Shown here piece by piece: positions 1-10,569 of a stretch of DNA of 41,530 nucleotides (position 1 is the stretch's first letter; the number at the start of each line of letters is the position of its first letter). This DNA is from Selaginella moellendorffii (Eukaryota; Plantae; Lycopodiophyta). A program made the translations under genes and the position numbers. The stretch is from NCBI RefSeq assembly GCF_000143415.4, contig NW_003314375.1:496499-538028 (forward strand), in the 5' to 3' direction. The notes under the pieces were generated by a model that saw only the letters and a program-made list of their open reading frames with translations, was not told the DNA's origin and ran no database searches.

Positions 1-791
1 TACAGGTCAAGGGGTGAAAGCCCAAAGCGTGCGTCTCCCAAGGGGGGGGGGGGGGGGCTTCCGGGGGTTCCCAAAGTATAGTAGGGATAGTGAGGTCTAG
101 GAACCAGTCTTGAAGGAACTCTCCAGTGGTGCTTCCAAACTGACTTGAGGTTGAGATTGGGGCCGAGGGGCCTTAGGTGGGAATGAGTATGGACTCGGGT
201 GGTGCCAAAGGGGCCACCCAAGAAAATGCTCAAGAGCAACTCCCACTTCTGAAAGGGAAACCGACTACAGTGCTCCTGGCTCATGTGGAGTGGTGCCCCA
301 CTTGAGTACCTTGCGGCTCATTAGTCCTCGCCCTTCCTAGGGGCTTGGGCCTTCCTTTGGGATGGAAGTGGGGGGGTAAAGGTACCTATATCGGGCCATT
401 AGGCCACGGTGTTTTGCCCCGGCATCCTGAAGCATGTGTTACACCCAAGACTTGGGATTTAGAAGGTCCCATGATCAAGTCTTGTGGTACCAAAGGAGGT
501 TAGGAACTTGGAGGTTTGGTGTGCTTGGCTGCTTGTACCTACGGGGAGTGTAGCTAAACCTTAAGTCCAGTCTAACCCGGGGAGGGGAATTGGGAGATAT
601 TTGGGAATCCGTGGATCGATGGCTAATGCTCTATTGCTCGTGCAGTGAGTAGCTGAAACCAAGTAGAACCAAGTAGGATTTGGTACCATAGGCGGGAACC
701 TTGGCAAGGGAACTTAGCTAAAGCCAAGGCAGTGTTGGTTGGATACACAAGGTAAGCTGACAAATTGGAAAGGAAAAATTTGTGGCTTACA
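1..791. mobile_element. Possible 3' portion of an LTR (GC-rich repeat-like segment truncated by window start)
   Basis: GC-rich non-coding segment with G-runs. It ends abruptly at ...TGTGGCTTACA (791), a Gypsy-LTR-like CA terminus, and is followed by AT-rich DNA. No partner LTR in the window. Confidence 0.3.
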
Positions 792-3700
792 GTAAGTATT
801 TCAAAGCAAATGAGGATATATAGAGGTTGTGAGTGAGACTCTTTCTAAATGTTAAAGGTATAGTTAAGTGAACAAAGTAGAATCAAAAATTTAGTCACTT
901 ACAACAACTTAGTTGCTTCTATATTTACAAAAATTAGTTTGTTTGCAATTATCATCTCTTGAAGGAAATGATGATGGCCAAGGCATTCACTTGTGATAAT
1001 AAATTTTGGGCATGGCCTCCACAAAATCACTAAGACTAGAATAGTGTCCTTTGATCAAAACTACATACAAAAACTATACATTGACCTTTTGAGAAAGGAG
1101 CACCTGACATATATAAAATTTAAATACATTTTAACAGACATTTAATAAATCATAACTAAGTCACAACATTTGCTAACACAGTTGCTGATACAATGACCAT
1201 CACTAAGGAAGATAAAGAAAGTCTGGTAGCATCTCCAAAAAAAATGTTGTATAACAAAACAAATATCTAATTCTTATAAGTAAAAAACACTACTTTGTAA
1301 GGCAAGATGCTCATGACCAACAAGCCAAGTCTAAAGATTGGTGGAGATTGATTAATCAGAAGAGGTGGTGGTGGAGTGGTCTTTGGTATATGTCACAGAA
1401 AAAATAAACTATTGGACTCTATTTAATTTCAATAGATAAATTGCCAAACTAGAAGAAGGTGGGTTTTATTTCAATAGCATATATCCAAAGTTAAAAATAC
1501 AGCCCGAATACAGCCTCCATAAAGAGGGAATTAATTATAGATTAAAATTTTAAAAGAGTTATATTTTTTCAAAAGAAGATACACATTATCATGGATTATG
1601 ATGTTGTATTGATGAACTTGGTCTTTTGTGGCACATCCTCCACTATACAAAATATTTATTATATCCACATTACCTTCAATCTACCAATTTTCTAAAAATT
1701 AAGAGAATACAGGGATATAAGCTTGAAAATTTATATATTCAGATATCTATTATATTTAAATATTAGGTATAAATAATTTAAAAAATCAGATGACAGAGAT
1801 TTTAAGCTTGATGTAAAATTACAAAACACTATCTATATGAAAAAAATTTAATTATGTACTTCTTGAATTTATATGACAATAACTCTTGAAAGAAACTCCA
1901 TATTTTATTTTCATATTATATTCAAATTCTAGAATTTAGATTAGTGTTTCGAAGTTAGAAATTGGAAGGAAATGTTTCTGGCAGTGGTAGTAGGCTGTAA
2001 GTCTCTCTCATGAGTGATCTCTTATCTACATGAACACTATATATGTGTTGTTTTAACGGTTATAATGTTAGGCAAGATCTACAAGAAAAAGGTAAAGTTG
2101 TAATCTATGCTTTTTTTCACTAGACTTGAGTGGTTTTTAGATCAAAGCATGCAGTACCAAGCTGTGCTAAGATCAAAGCAAAGTAAACCCAGGCTTTTGT
2201 GCAAACAAACCAAAGAAGAATAAACATTTAACATGCAATCACAGGTGAAGGATACAAAGAGAGCAAACATGTGATGGTAAACTTCTGGGAATTTGATCTC
2301 AAACGTTCATTAATGGAGAGTAGATCCTGATTCCAGTCCTATGTAGCAACTGTTTTTTAAAATTATCAATATTTCAAGGATATAACACTACTAAGGTAAT
2401 TGAAGAGGGACTTTGGTTTTTATCTATTTTGAAATGCTCTGAAATAGATAAAAATCTTGTTTGCAACATTTCATATGAAGTGAAAAGTTGTTTTTCTATA
2501 TTGGGTGAGGATTTGGATGTTAGATATGAGTTTGATTTGCTTTCCATTCCTTCCTGATATACCAAATGCATATCATTGCAATATTGACTATTAGTGCCAC
2601 TTATTTTTTAATCTAAGGGCTCTATTCTATTTCTGTGAGTAATCCATATAATTGTAAAAATTTTGTCTTCACTTTTGAAACTATTTTTTAAAATTTTGTT
2701 ATAGTTAAATTTACAGGATTCATAGTACTTGAGGCAATGAGAATCTTGGCCAGTAGATTGATTATGCCATCACTAGATACAGGAGGAAAATTCTTGCTTG
2801 AGCCGTGTGGATAGTGGTGATAGCCAACAAAAAGGATAACATGATTTATTAATATTATTTTATGAATATAATGCAGCAGCCTAGAGAGTTCAACTTCTGA
2901 GCACTGTGACTTATCCTATGATGAGAAATACAGCCAAATAACAAAATGGTTTGCATCCATCCATCTATCGGTTCAAGTTCATTGATTTTCACATGCCAAT
3001 ACTAGGTGAAGATTGTGTGAGGATATGATTTCTGGGACATGTTAATTGCAATAACAACAATCCTGAATTGAAACAGGAGAAGGCTTCTAAATCCTAAGCT
3101 ACTGTTTTCCATTGCATTGCAGTTAGTATGTAGAGTGATGTAATAAAAGCCATTGGAGACCTTGTATGCTTACTTTGAACATGTCTTTTATTTATCAAGT
3201 TCTTGTGTGCTTAGTAGTTTTTATCTCTTTTTTTATTTCCAGGCTAAGGCCAGTGGCACAACTAGAAAATGCAAACACTCGTGAAAAAGCCAACCAGCCT
3301 CTTCCTCATGAGGTTCATCTCTTATTTCTTTTCTCTTTTTCCTTCCAATAGTTTCACGTGTTAAAAAGGTCTAAAAAACCAGGAAGGTGTTCCTGGTTTA
3401 CCTAGTAGTAGGATGATCGACTTGCATTTTACTTGCAGCGAGCCCATCCATCTACTGCAGCAAGAACTCTCAATGTTGAGAAAATGAACTAAGTTTTGTG
3501 TAGGTATAGACTGCCATACCAAAGGCTCCCAAGCTCCATTCAAGTATGCATCACAAATCTATAATCACAATGGTGATATTTCATCATGCAACAGTTGAAG
3601 TTTGAGACCTAGAGGATGAGAATGTGTATTAAGACCAAGCCTCCACCAGTAAAAGGTGGCACATTGTGAAATAGACGAGGAAAATATTTTTGCTGTTAAA

Positions 3701-4477
3701 TACTAATTTAGTAATAACAGTTTAGTTTTATCTAGAAACATACATTATTTCATATAAAACATTTCTTGATTAATTACTGTTCTGAAATTCATATTAAAAT
3801 AATATAAATATAAAATATACAATAAAGAATTTATATTTTATGATCATTCATCTTTGTATTTATACTTTTAATTGTGTTCACATTCATTTCTTATTATATT
3901 TTTATACAGCAAATTTATGTAATTTCAAAGATATCATCTATTTATTTCTTTATGTATTATATCTATTTTCTGGGATTCATGTAATTTTTCTCAACATCAA
4001 TCTGCATTTAGATAACCTCAATCTAATTCATAATGGTACTTTTTTGCTGCTTCTTTCATGGGTATTTAATTGGGAGCTGTTCTACTACTTTTTAGCCTAA
4101 AACACATTTCTTAAGAAGTTCAAACAAACCAGTCATTTCAAATTTTAAAGTCTTATTTCTATAAGCTTTCCTCATTCTATGTTTTTCTTTGCCATGTATT
4201 TTGTCTCTTCATCATTTAAATTTCATAGTGGTTATCTTATGCATTATGATTTATAAAATGTGTTACTCTTGATCTTTTGCTAAAGAATGTTCTGGTTGGA
4301 AAGGTTTCAGAGGTATAATAATATTTTTATATTTTATTAAATATCTAATATCAATATTTAAAATTATTATTGTCTATATTTCATAGAGGAGTTGTATCAT
4401 TCTCAAAAATATAACACATTATTATGCTTTATTTTGAAACCATTAACTTTTTAAATAGCAACTTTAAATAAAGAGTA

Positions 4478-4655
4478 CTAACAGAGACCCCAGCTCCACT
4501 GGGAAATATAGTATACCCAAGATAAATAAATCTTCTTTCCTAATTTTATAATGTTAGAACTTTTGATTGTATGCAAGGTTAAATTTATCTAAATTTTTCT
4601 ACTATTCATATTCAGAGAAATGCACAATAATGCAAGTGTTAGGGAAGATAAAGTC
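4478..4655 (-). mobile_element. Helitron 3'-terminal segment (minus strand), interrupted by the LTR element; continues at ~10176-10225
   Basis: Minus strand reads CCCAGTGGAGCTGGGGTCTCTGTTAG|T (hairpin + degenerate CTAG). The segment is the reverse complement of 10870-11059 and similar to 36600-36790. Confidence 0.7.
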
Positions 4656-5073
4656 TGAAAACTCCTGAAATCTCTAAATTGGGAGGAAACGTCCACACGA
4701 GATCTTCCTAGGAGTTTCAAATCTAATCTAGTCCCTAAAACTAAAACTACACTACGAGAAGCGAGCACTTACCTGCTTGTGCCAATGCAAGACGAGATTG
4801 TAGACACGAGCAAGAAGGTGCTAGTCCCACGCCTTTGATCCCTTGAAGGCGGTGGGTAAGTAAGACATTGCTGTGAAGAGCCGAAGAGATAGGCAGAATG
4901 ACGATGTATTGCAATGTATTTTGTATTAGGGATAAATCTAAAAACATTATAAGTCCTACGTTTATAGTCGCTACTACTCACGTCAAGGTTAGGAATACAG
5001 TCCTAACCTTCAACCTCTCAAGTTTACTTTCCTAAGCTTGAATCCTCGAGCTTGTCTTTTTCTCCCTTTTCCA
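4656..5073 (-). repeat. 3' LTR
   Basis: TGAAAACTCC...CCCTTTTCCA; 3 substitutions versus 9753-10170 by manual comparison. Confidence 0.95.
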
Positions 5074-5082
5074 CTCTCCCAC
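5074..5082 (-). other. Polypurine tract (short)
   Basis: Minus strand GTGGGAGAG immediately precedes the TGGAAAA start of the 3' LTR. Confidence 0.6.
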
Positions 5083-5504
5083 GACTGCCTTGTGCTGCGT
5101 CCCGCAGTCACTGCTCCATTGCTGCATCGTGGGTAGCTGCTCCCTCATGTGGCTCCTCCTCCTCTTCCTCCTCTTCATAAGTCTGAGCTGCTTCCTCAAA
5201 GTCTTGTGATTTGAATTTGACCAGCTTCTTCCCGAAATCAGTTGCATAAATGCCTCTTCTCGAAACTTTAAACATCCGACTTGAAATAGCCACGACTTCT
5301 CTTGGACGGCTTTCAGTTTTGCTACTTTACTACTTACTTCCTCTACTCCTACAAAGCTACAAAGGATGAAACCAGCTTGCCTCTGTCCCACCAGAACCTG
5401 AGAAACACACTTCCTCGTCTCTTCACCAACTTCACACCAGCCACCTTCAAGTGCAAACTTTGGCCTGGGTATACGGCTCCTCTTGATGGCTGCTCCACAA
5501 GGTT

Positions 5505-6218
5505 CTAAACTTCTACACCTCTTTGTTGTCCAACATCTTCTTCTTTCTTCTTCACAACAGCTTTCTGCTCCAAGCCAGCTTGACCAGCTGCTGCCTGTTC
5601 CACGTCAAACTCTGGCATTGAATTTTTCTTCTGCTCCGTCTGCTCACAAAACTTCGGAAGCACCACCTCAAGTTCTTGAGTCTGAAACTCCTTTATCCAC
5701 TGCAGGTCTTTGTCTTCTTCTGCTGGTTGCTCAATCTGATCAGGCTGTTCATCTTCCACCAGGTTTTGCTTCAACCTTGCTTCAGCTTGCTCTTCCACAT
5801 GAAACTTTTCTTTCTGCTGAACAGGTGCCAGCTCCTCTTGGGTAAAACTTCTTGTTTCTTGATTGTTTGATTGTTTGTCGTGTTCTTTGATTGTTTCTGG
5901 ATCTTGTGCTTGCAATTCAGCTTGAATTGCTTTAAGTATTTTCTTGCTTTTCTTCCATTTGGTTTCTGGGATAATTTCCAGTTCATCATCGTGATCTTGT
6001 TCTTCCAAATTATCTGGTTGTTGATACTTGTATTGTTGTCTCGTGATTGCTCGTATTGCTGGTTCTTCATAAGTTTGTGAGTCTTCGACTTTGACCTCAA
6101 CATTCCGTGCTGCAGGTGGTCTTGCTCTTGGAGCTTGATTGTTTATGACTTGGTTATTTTCACGATTTGCATTTTGGTAAGGTTGCCAAGGTCGATTATC
6201 TTGTTGTGGTGCAAGTCG
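5505..6218 (-). pseudogene. In-frame Glu/Gln-rich C-terminal extension of gag beyond a single TAG
   Basis: 6218-6009 is 70 open codons in the gag frame (RLAPQQDNRPWQPYQ...AIRAITRQQ...) joining the 5505-6008 ORF. No protease, RT, RNase H or integrase motifs. Confidence 0.7.
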
Positions 6219-7730
6219 CTAGTTGTAATTGTAACCTTGAGCTTGAGGTGGTCTTTGATTATAGTTGCGATATGGTTCTTGATCATAATTGTAATTTCGT
6301 GGGGGAGGACATTGGTAGTCGTCATGAGGTCCATCACGTTGCTGATATGTATTGTAGTTTCTTCCATAATTTCCAGAATAGTTGTTTGGTCTTTGATCTT
6401 GAGGGGGTATTCTATTGTAGTTGCGATTGTTCTGACGGTAAAAGTTTCCTCTTTGATTGTACAAATTATCATCACGTTGATAATAATTGTTATATCTTGG
6501 AGGTTCATTGCATGGTGGTCGTGCATTTTGATTCCAGTTTCCTTGATATCGAAGATTGGGCTCTCGACGAGAAGTATTCTCGATTCTTGAAACTTCCATT
6601 GTATTCCTAAATCGGCAATTCTTGGCTATATGGCCTTCTCTATTGCAAATTTGACATTTTGGAAGCTCAAATTTGCATTCCAAATATGTATGTCCTTCAT
6701 TTTTACACTTTGTACACCACACTCCTTCCTTGAGTTCGGTTTGTGAGATTTTCCTGATTATTTCCTTCAAGTCTTGGTTTTTTGATGGTTTCTTCTTTGT
6801 CTTGATGCGGATTTCTTCCTCTTCTTCATCATCTGAACTATCATCGGTTTGTGAAGGTCCCGCTTTTGTGAATTGCTTAAATCGTTTTTCTAATGTCAAG
6901 ATTTCTTTGGAGAGTGTATCGACATTTTCTTCATCCGGATTCTCTGCTGCAACAGCAAGTGCTACCATGTTTCTATAGATTTCTTTAAGGCCTTGTATAT
7001 AGGACAAGCTTTTTCCTTTTTCCGTTATCAAATCCTTGCAACGCTTTGCATGGAACTTAAATCTTTGAGTGTAATCTTGAATACCTTCACGTGGTTTTTG
7101 TTTGAAGTTCTTGATGATCTCATAGTGTTCTTCTTGAGTTCCTCCAGTCTGGAATTGTTCTTTAAATTGTGTGATCTTTTCATCATGGGTTATCGCATCA
7201 TCGAGTGTGTTGTGCCAATCGAGGGCTTTTCCTTTAAGTGTGTATGGGAAAAGTATTTCTCGATGCATTTCCTGTTTGTTCATCTTTACAATTTGATCAA
7301 ATTGTTTAAGATGCTGGTTTGCATCTTCAGTTTTTCCACCAGTAAAAATGGGATAGGAAATCATGTTCCCTATAGCTGTCGCTGGGTTGATGATTGCCAT
7401 TTGTTGTTGTAGACTTTGTTGGATAAGTTGTTCTTCTGGTGAATTAGGATACGAGTAAAACTCTGGTGCTGTGAATTTTGCCTCTTCAAACAGCTCAAAC
7501 TCTGGGACGTCTTCAATATTTGGTTCTTCTTTGTCTTCTGCCGAGTTGCTTGACTCAGGTACTTGAATTTGTTTATCGTCTTTGTCGTACTTCTCTAATA
7601 TTGTTTCTAAGATTTGTTGTTGCTGTTCTTCTAACTTTTCCTTTTCTATCTCTTCCTTTCTTACTTCTCGAGTCTTTTGTCGAAGATCTCTTTCCCGGAT
7701 CTTGATTGGGTCTGGTTTATGTTTGTGCAT
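6219..7730 (-). CDS. gag: Retrotransposon Gag (capsid-like domain + two CCHC zinc knuckles + N/Q/Y/R-rich tail)
   Basis: 503-aa ORF with FPYTLKGKALDWHNTL...FKEQF...KQKPREGIQDYTQRF (Retrotrans_gag pattern), CTKCKNEGHTYLEC and CQICNREGHIAKNC. Confidence 0.92.
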   Translation of the reverse strand: MHKHKPDPIKIRERDLRQKTREVRKEEIEKEKLEEQQQQILETILEKYDKDDKQIQVPESSNSAEDKEEPNIEDVPEFELFEEAKFTAPEFYSYPNSPEEQLIQQSLQQQMAIINPATAIGNMISYPIFTGGKTEDANQHLKQFDQIVKMNKQEMHREILFPYTLKGKALDWHNTLDDAITHDEKITQFKEQFQTGGTQEEHYEIIKNFKQKPREGIQDYTQRFKFHAKRCKDLITEKGKSLSYIQGLKEIYRNMVALAVAAENPDEENVDTLSKEILTLEKRFKQFTKAGPSQTDDSSDDEEEEEIRIKTKKKPSKNQDLKEIIRKISQTELKEGVWCTKCKNEGHTYLECKFELPKCQICNREGHIAKNCRFRNTMEVSRIENTSRREPNLRYQGNWNQNARPPCNEPPRYNNYYQRDDNLYNQRGNFYRQNNRNYNRIPPQDQRPNNYSGNYGRNYNTYQQRDGPHDDYQCPPPRNYNYDQEPYRNYNQRPPQAQGYNYN

Positions 7731-7829
7731 TCAGTTTTCTAAATCTTCTTGACTTAAATGCCGAGGTAAACTTCCTGAATTTTGTGATTCATCTACGGTG
7801 TGTTGAATCAAATGTTGTTTTTCATAGAT

Positions 7830-7918
7830 TGCAAAGTCAAGCTCTTATGTCTTGAGTCTTTTGCAGGTTTGTATTTTGTCATATAAATGCGAAGTCAAGC
7901 TCTTATGCCTTGAGTCTT
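7830..7918. repeat. Two 31-bp direct repeats between the extra ORF and gag
   Basis: TGCAAAGTCAAGCTCTTATGTCTTGAGTCTT (7830-7860) and TGCGAAGTCAAGCTCTTATGCCTTGAGTCTT (7888-7918); 29/31 identical. Confidence 0.85.
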
Positions 7919-7970
7919 CAATCGAGTGTTTGTTTCTCGATTCTTCCCGAGTTTCTTCTCGAGGTCACTT

Positions 7971-8897
7971 TCATGAGTCTAGCTCAGGAAAGGTCTTGTA
8001 TTTGAAAAATTTGGTGGTGTAAGTAAGCATGATTTTGTTTGTTGGAAGGAGGTCGGTTGTGTCATAAATTGATCGGTGTAGCTGTTTGCTAGTAATATTT
8101 GGTGCTGCTCTCCAACTTTGGGATCGAGCAGGTATGCAAACGATTGCAACTCTCTTTAGGAGTCCAATCTTTTCTAAATTCTTGAATAATTGTTTTGGTC
8201 TCTTACAATATGTTGGTCGTACGGGAATGCGAGCTCTCACTATGAGCATTTGTGTTTCCCAGTCGATAGTAATATTTGAAAATGCTGAATACAGCAGTGG
8301 TTGTATTTTTAATGTTCTCACTTCTCCTTCTCCGATTGATACGGGTTTCCAACTTCGTGATTCCTGTATGTTTTTCTTCTCAAATGGTGTCCACACGTCA
8401 AGGTATGGATTCCAACAAATTTTTGTTGCTTTAAGCCTATGCGTGCGCGGATCTATCCAGCACTCTTTTGCCCACAGTCCTTCCTTTATCTTGAGGTCAG
8501 TAAGCTTATGTATTGCGCTTCCAACCGGTGTAATAAATCCTCTTACAAATTGCTGTCCAAGTATTTCCTGTATTTCTCTAAGCAGGAACCTTGGAATTTC
8601 TTTGTAAATTCGAGTGACAGCGTCCCAAGTATGCCACTCAACTTCTTCCTTAAGACAAATAAATTCTTGATCGATGTACACGAAAGATCTCCACGAGAGC
8701 TCGAGGATGATTCTCCACGTATACAATTCTTGTTTATCTTGTTTTCCTATAAACTGTGTGCCGTGTATGATAGTGCCATTGCAAATTGGTGTATAGTTCT
8801 CCTTGTCTAATGTGTTGTGAACTAAATTAAAGATTCGTTCCTGAATCTCAGATGGTAGCTGCCTGATGGCTTCTAAAAAGTTTTGAGAGTCTTGCAT
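7971..8897 (-). CDS. Extra 5' ORF of the retroelement, 308 aa, unknown function, F-box-like N-terminal motif
   Basis: Uninterrupted ATG-started intronless ORF, co-oriented with and upstream of gag. The N-terminus AIRQLPSEIQERIFNLV resembles the F-box core LPxEIxxxIF. Confidence 0.75.
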   Translation of the reverse strand: MQDSQNFLEAIRQLPSEIQERIFNLVHNTLDKENYTPICNGTIIHGTQFIGKQDKQELYTWRIILELSWRSFVYIDQEFICLKEEVEWHTWDAVTRIYKEIPRFLLREIQEILGQQFVRGFITPVGSAIHKLTDLKIKEGLWAKECWIDPRTHRLKATKICWNPYLDVWTPFEKKNIQESRSWKPVSIGEGEVRTLKIQPLLYSAFSNITIDWETQMLIVRARIPVRPTYCKRPKQLFKNLEKIGLLKRVAIVCIPARSQSWRAAPNITSKQLHRSIYDTTDLLPTNKIMLTYTTKFFKYKTFPELDS

Positions 8898-9734
8898 CTA
8901 TCGAGGGATTTCCTCATCTCGCTGGTCTCTCGTGCAAGCCCAAAATTTCCATTTTGCGTCATTGTTATCGCTCTCCTCATGTGGGCTACAAAATTTTGAT
9001 GATTGTTCATTCTCTTTTATCATTCCTCCCCTTTGGTTCTTTCAATTTGCTGGACAAATTGTGTAATAGTCGCAAGACTGTTTCTTTGAATTCTTGAAAG
9101 CAACTAGTGCTCTGTTTTTCTTCTTTTTTTTAAACTATCGTCACTCTTTTTGGTGTCATTTTCGTGGGCTATTTCTTCTCGTTTCTTTCTCTCTTCCGTT
9201 GCAGCAATGTCATCCCTGATTCACAGTCTTGCTTTTGCTTGTTTGCAAGTGTCGCATCGCCATTTTGGATAGCATTGCTTGTATGGTTTAGCACAATTTC
9301 TGAATCCACACAAGGCAGTCCTCGTATCTTGTGTAGCTTGTATCTCCAAATGGGCAGTCGTGCTTTTTCATTCTTCATGTTTTCATGCTTGTTAGCACTT
9401 GTTTGCTCTGATTTTCTTGTCGGAGATTCTTCGAATATTCTGATATACAGAATATTCTTCGTCTTCGACCTCTCGCCAAGAGGCGGTTATGGAAGATTCT
9501 TGGACTTTTCGAGAAGTGGGCGATCTCTAGATGATTGTAGCCTTCAAACGCTTGGTCTCTAGCATGATTTCCATGCTTCTTGCTCTAGGATTTTGTCGAT
9601 TTTCTTCTTTTTCGTTTTGTTTTCTTCTTTTTGTTTCTTTTTTATTTTTCCCTTGATTCTTGACTTCAGCTTCGTCTTCTAGTTGTAGCCAAGGCTGCCA
9701 ATCTTCATTCTTTGGGTGCTCTTCACTTCGCCTA

Positions 9735-9751
9735 TCCCACCGTGGTCGCCA
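9735..9751 (-). other. Primer-binding site, tRNA-Arg type
   Basis: Minus strand TGGCGACCACGGTGGGA starts 1 nt after the 5' LTR. Its complement TCCCACCGTGGTCGCCA resembles the 3' end of plant tRNA-Arg(UCG) as recalled. Confidence 0.8.
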
Positions 9752-9752
9752 G

Positions 9753-10170
9753 TGAAAACTCCTGGAATCTCTAAACTGGGAGGAAACGTCCACACGAGAT
9801 CTTCCTAGGAGTTTCAAATCTAATCTAGTCCCTAAAACTAAAACTACACTACGAGAAGCGAGCACTTACCTGCTTGTGCCAATGCAAGACGAGATTGTAG
9901 ACACGAGCAAGAAGGTGCTAGTCCCACGCCTTTGATCCCTTGAAGGCGGTGGGTAAGTAAGACATTGCTGTGAAGAGCCGAAGAGATAGGCAGAATGACG
10001 ATGTATTGCAATGTATTTTGTATTAGGGATAAATCTAAAAACATTCTAAGTCCTACGTTTATAGTCGCTACTACTCACGTCAAGGTTAGGAATACAGTCC
10101 TAACCTTCAACCTCTCAAGTTTACTTTCCTAAGCTTGAATCCTCGAGCTTGTCTTTTTCTCCCTTTTCCA
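9753..10170 (-). repeat. 5' LTR
   Basis: Direct repeat of 4656-5073, adjacent to the PBS. Confidence 0.95.
10058..10107 (-). promoter_or_regulatory. Putative LTR U3 promoter: TATA box, TGACGT motif and perfect 10-bp inverted repeat
   Basis: Minus strand TATAAA at 10063-10058, TGACGTGAG at 10082-10074, and AAGGTTAGGA-atacag-TCCTAACCTT at 10082-10107. Confidence 0.5.
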
Positions 10171-10569
10171 AAGCCATTTTTTTATAATCATTAAATTTGA
10201 ATTTTATGTTTTATTGCCTTTATATAATAATAACATAAGCTAAAATAGCAAATAAATCATTGTATAAATATTGAGACAAACAATAAAAATCATGTAAAGC
10301 TGCTGGTAGACTACAGTAAGATTATGAGCAAGAAGACTAATTGAAATTATTTTTGAGATATTATTAGGAAATGGATTTGATATTTGTATGTGTATGAGAT
10401 TTTTTATACCATATTAGATACCATGTCATATATGAGACATGAATGCATAATTTTATCATAAAGCATTAGTACAAATTTTTCTTAATACAAACATTATATC
10501 TCTAATATAATTATTATCTTTGTGTTTTCAACACCTCTAATGTAGTGTGAATATCTAGGTAAATTTAAT

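Larger units (their letters stand above)
4656..10170 (-). mobile_element. Non-autonomous LTR retrotransposon (gag + extra ORF, no pol; probably Ty3/Gypsy-related)
   Basis: Two 418-bp TG...CA direct repeats, 5-bp TSD AAGTC/AAGCC (1 mismatch), PBS next to the right LTR, PPT next to the left LTR, internal gag ORF on the minus strand. Confidence 0.95.

Noticed and set aside
792-3660. Faint retrotransposon pol/integrase-like traces in AT-rich DNA
   Set aside because: No continuous motif could be reconstructed; too degraded to support a call.
4747-4947. Identical 66-aa ORFs at 4747-4947 and 9844-10044
   Set aside because: They lie within the LTRs and are duplicated only because the LTRs are; no coding evidence.
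5483-8810. Plus-strand ORFs antisense to gag and ORF1
   Set aside because: Shadow ORFs of biased coding sequence on the opposite strand.
9735-9751. tRNA-like 3' end sequence
   Set aside because: Only 17 nt, next to an LTR; it is a PBS, not a tRNA gene.
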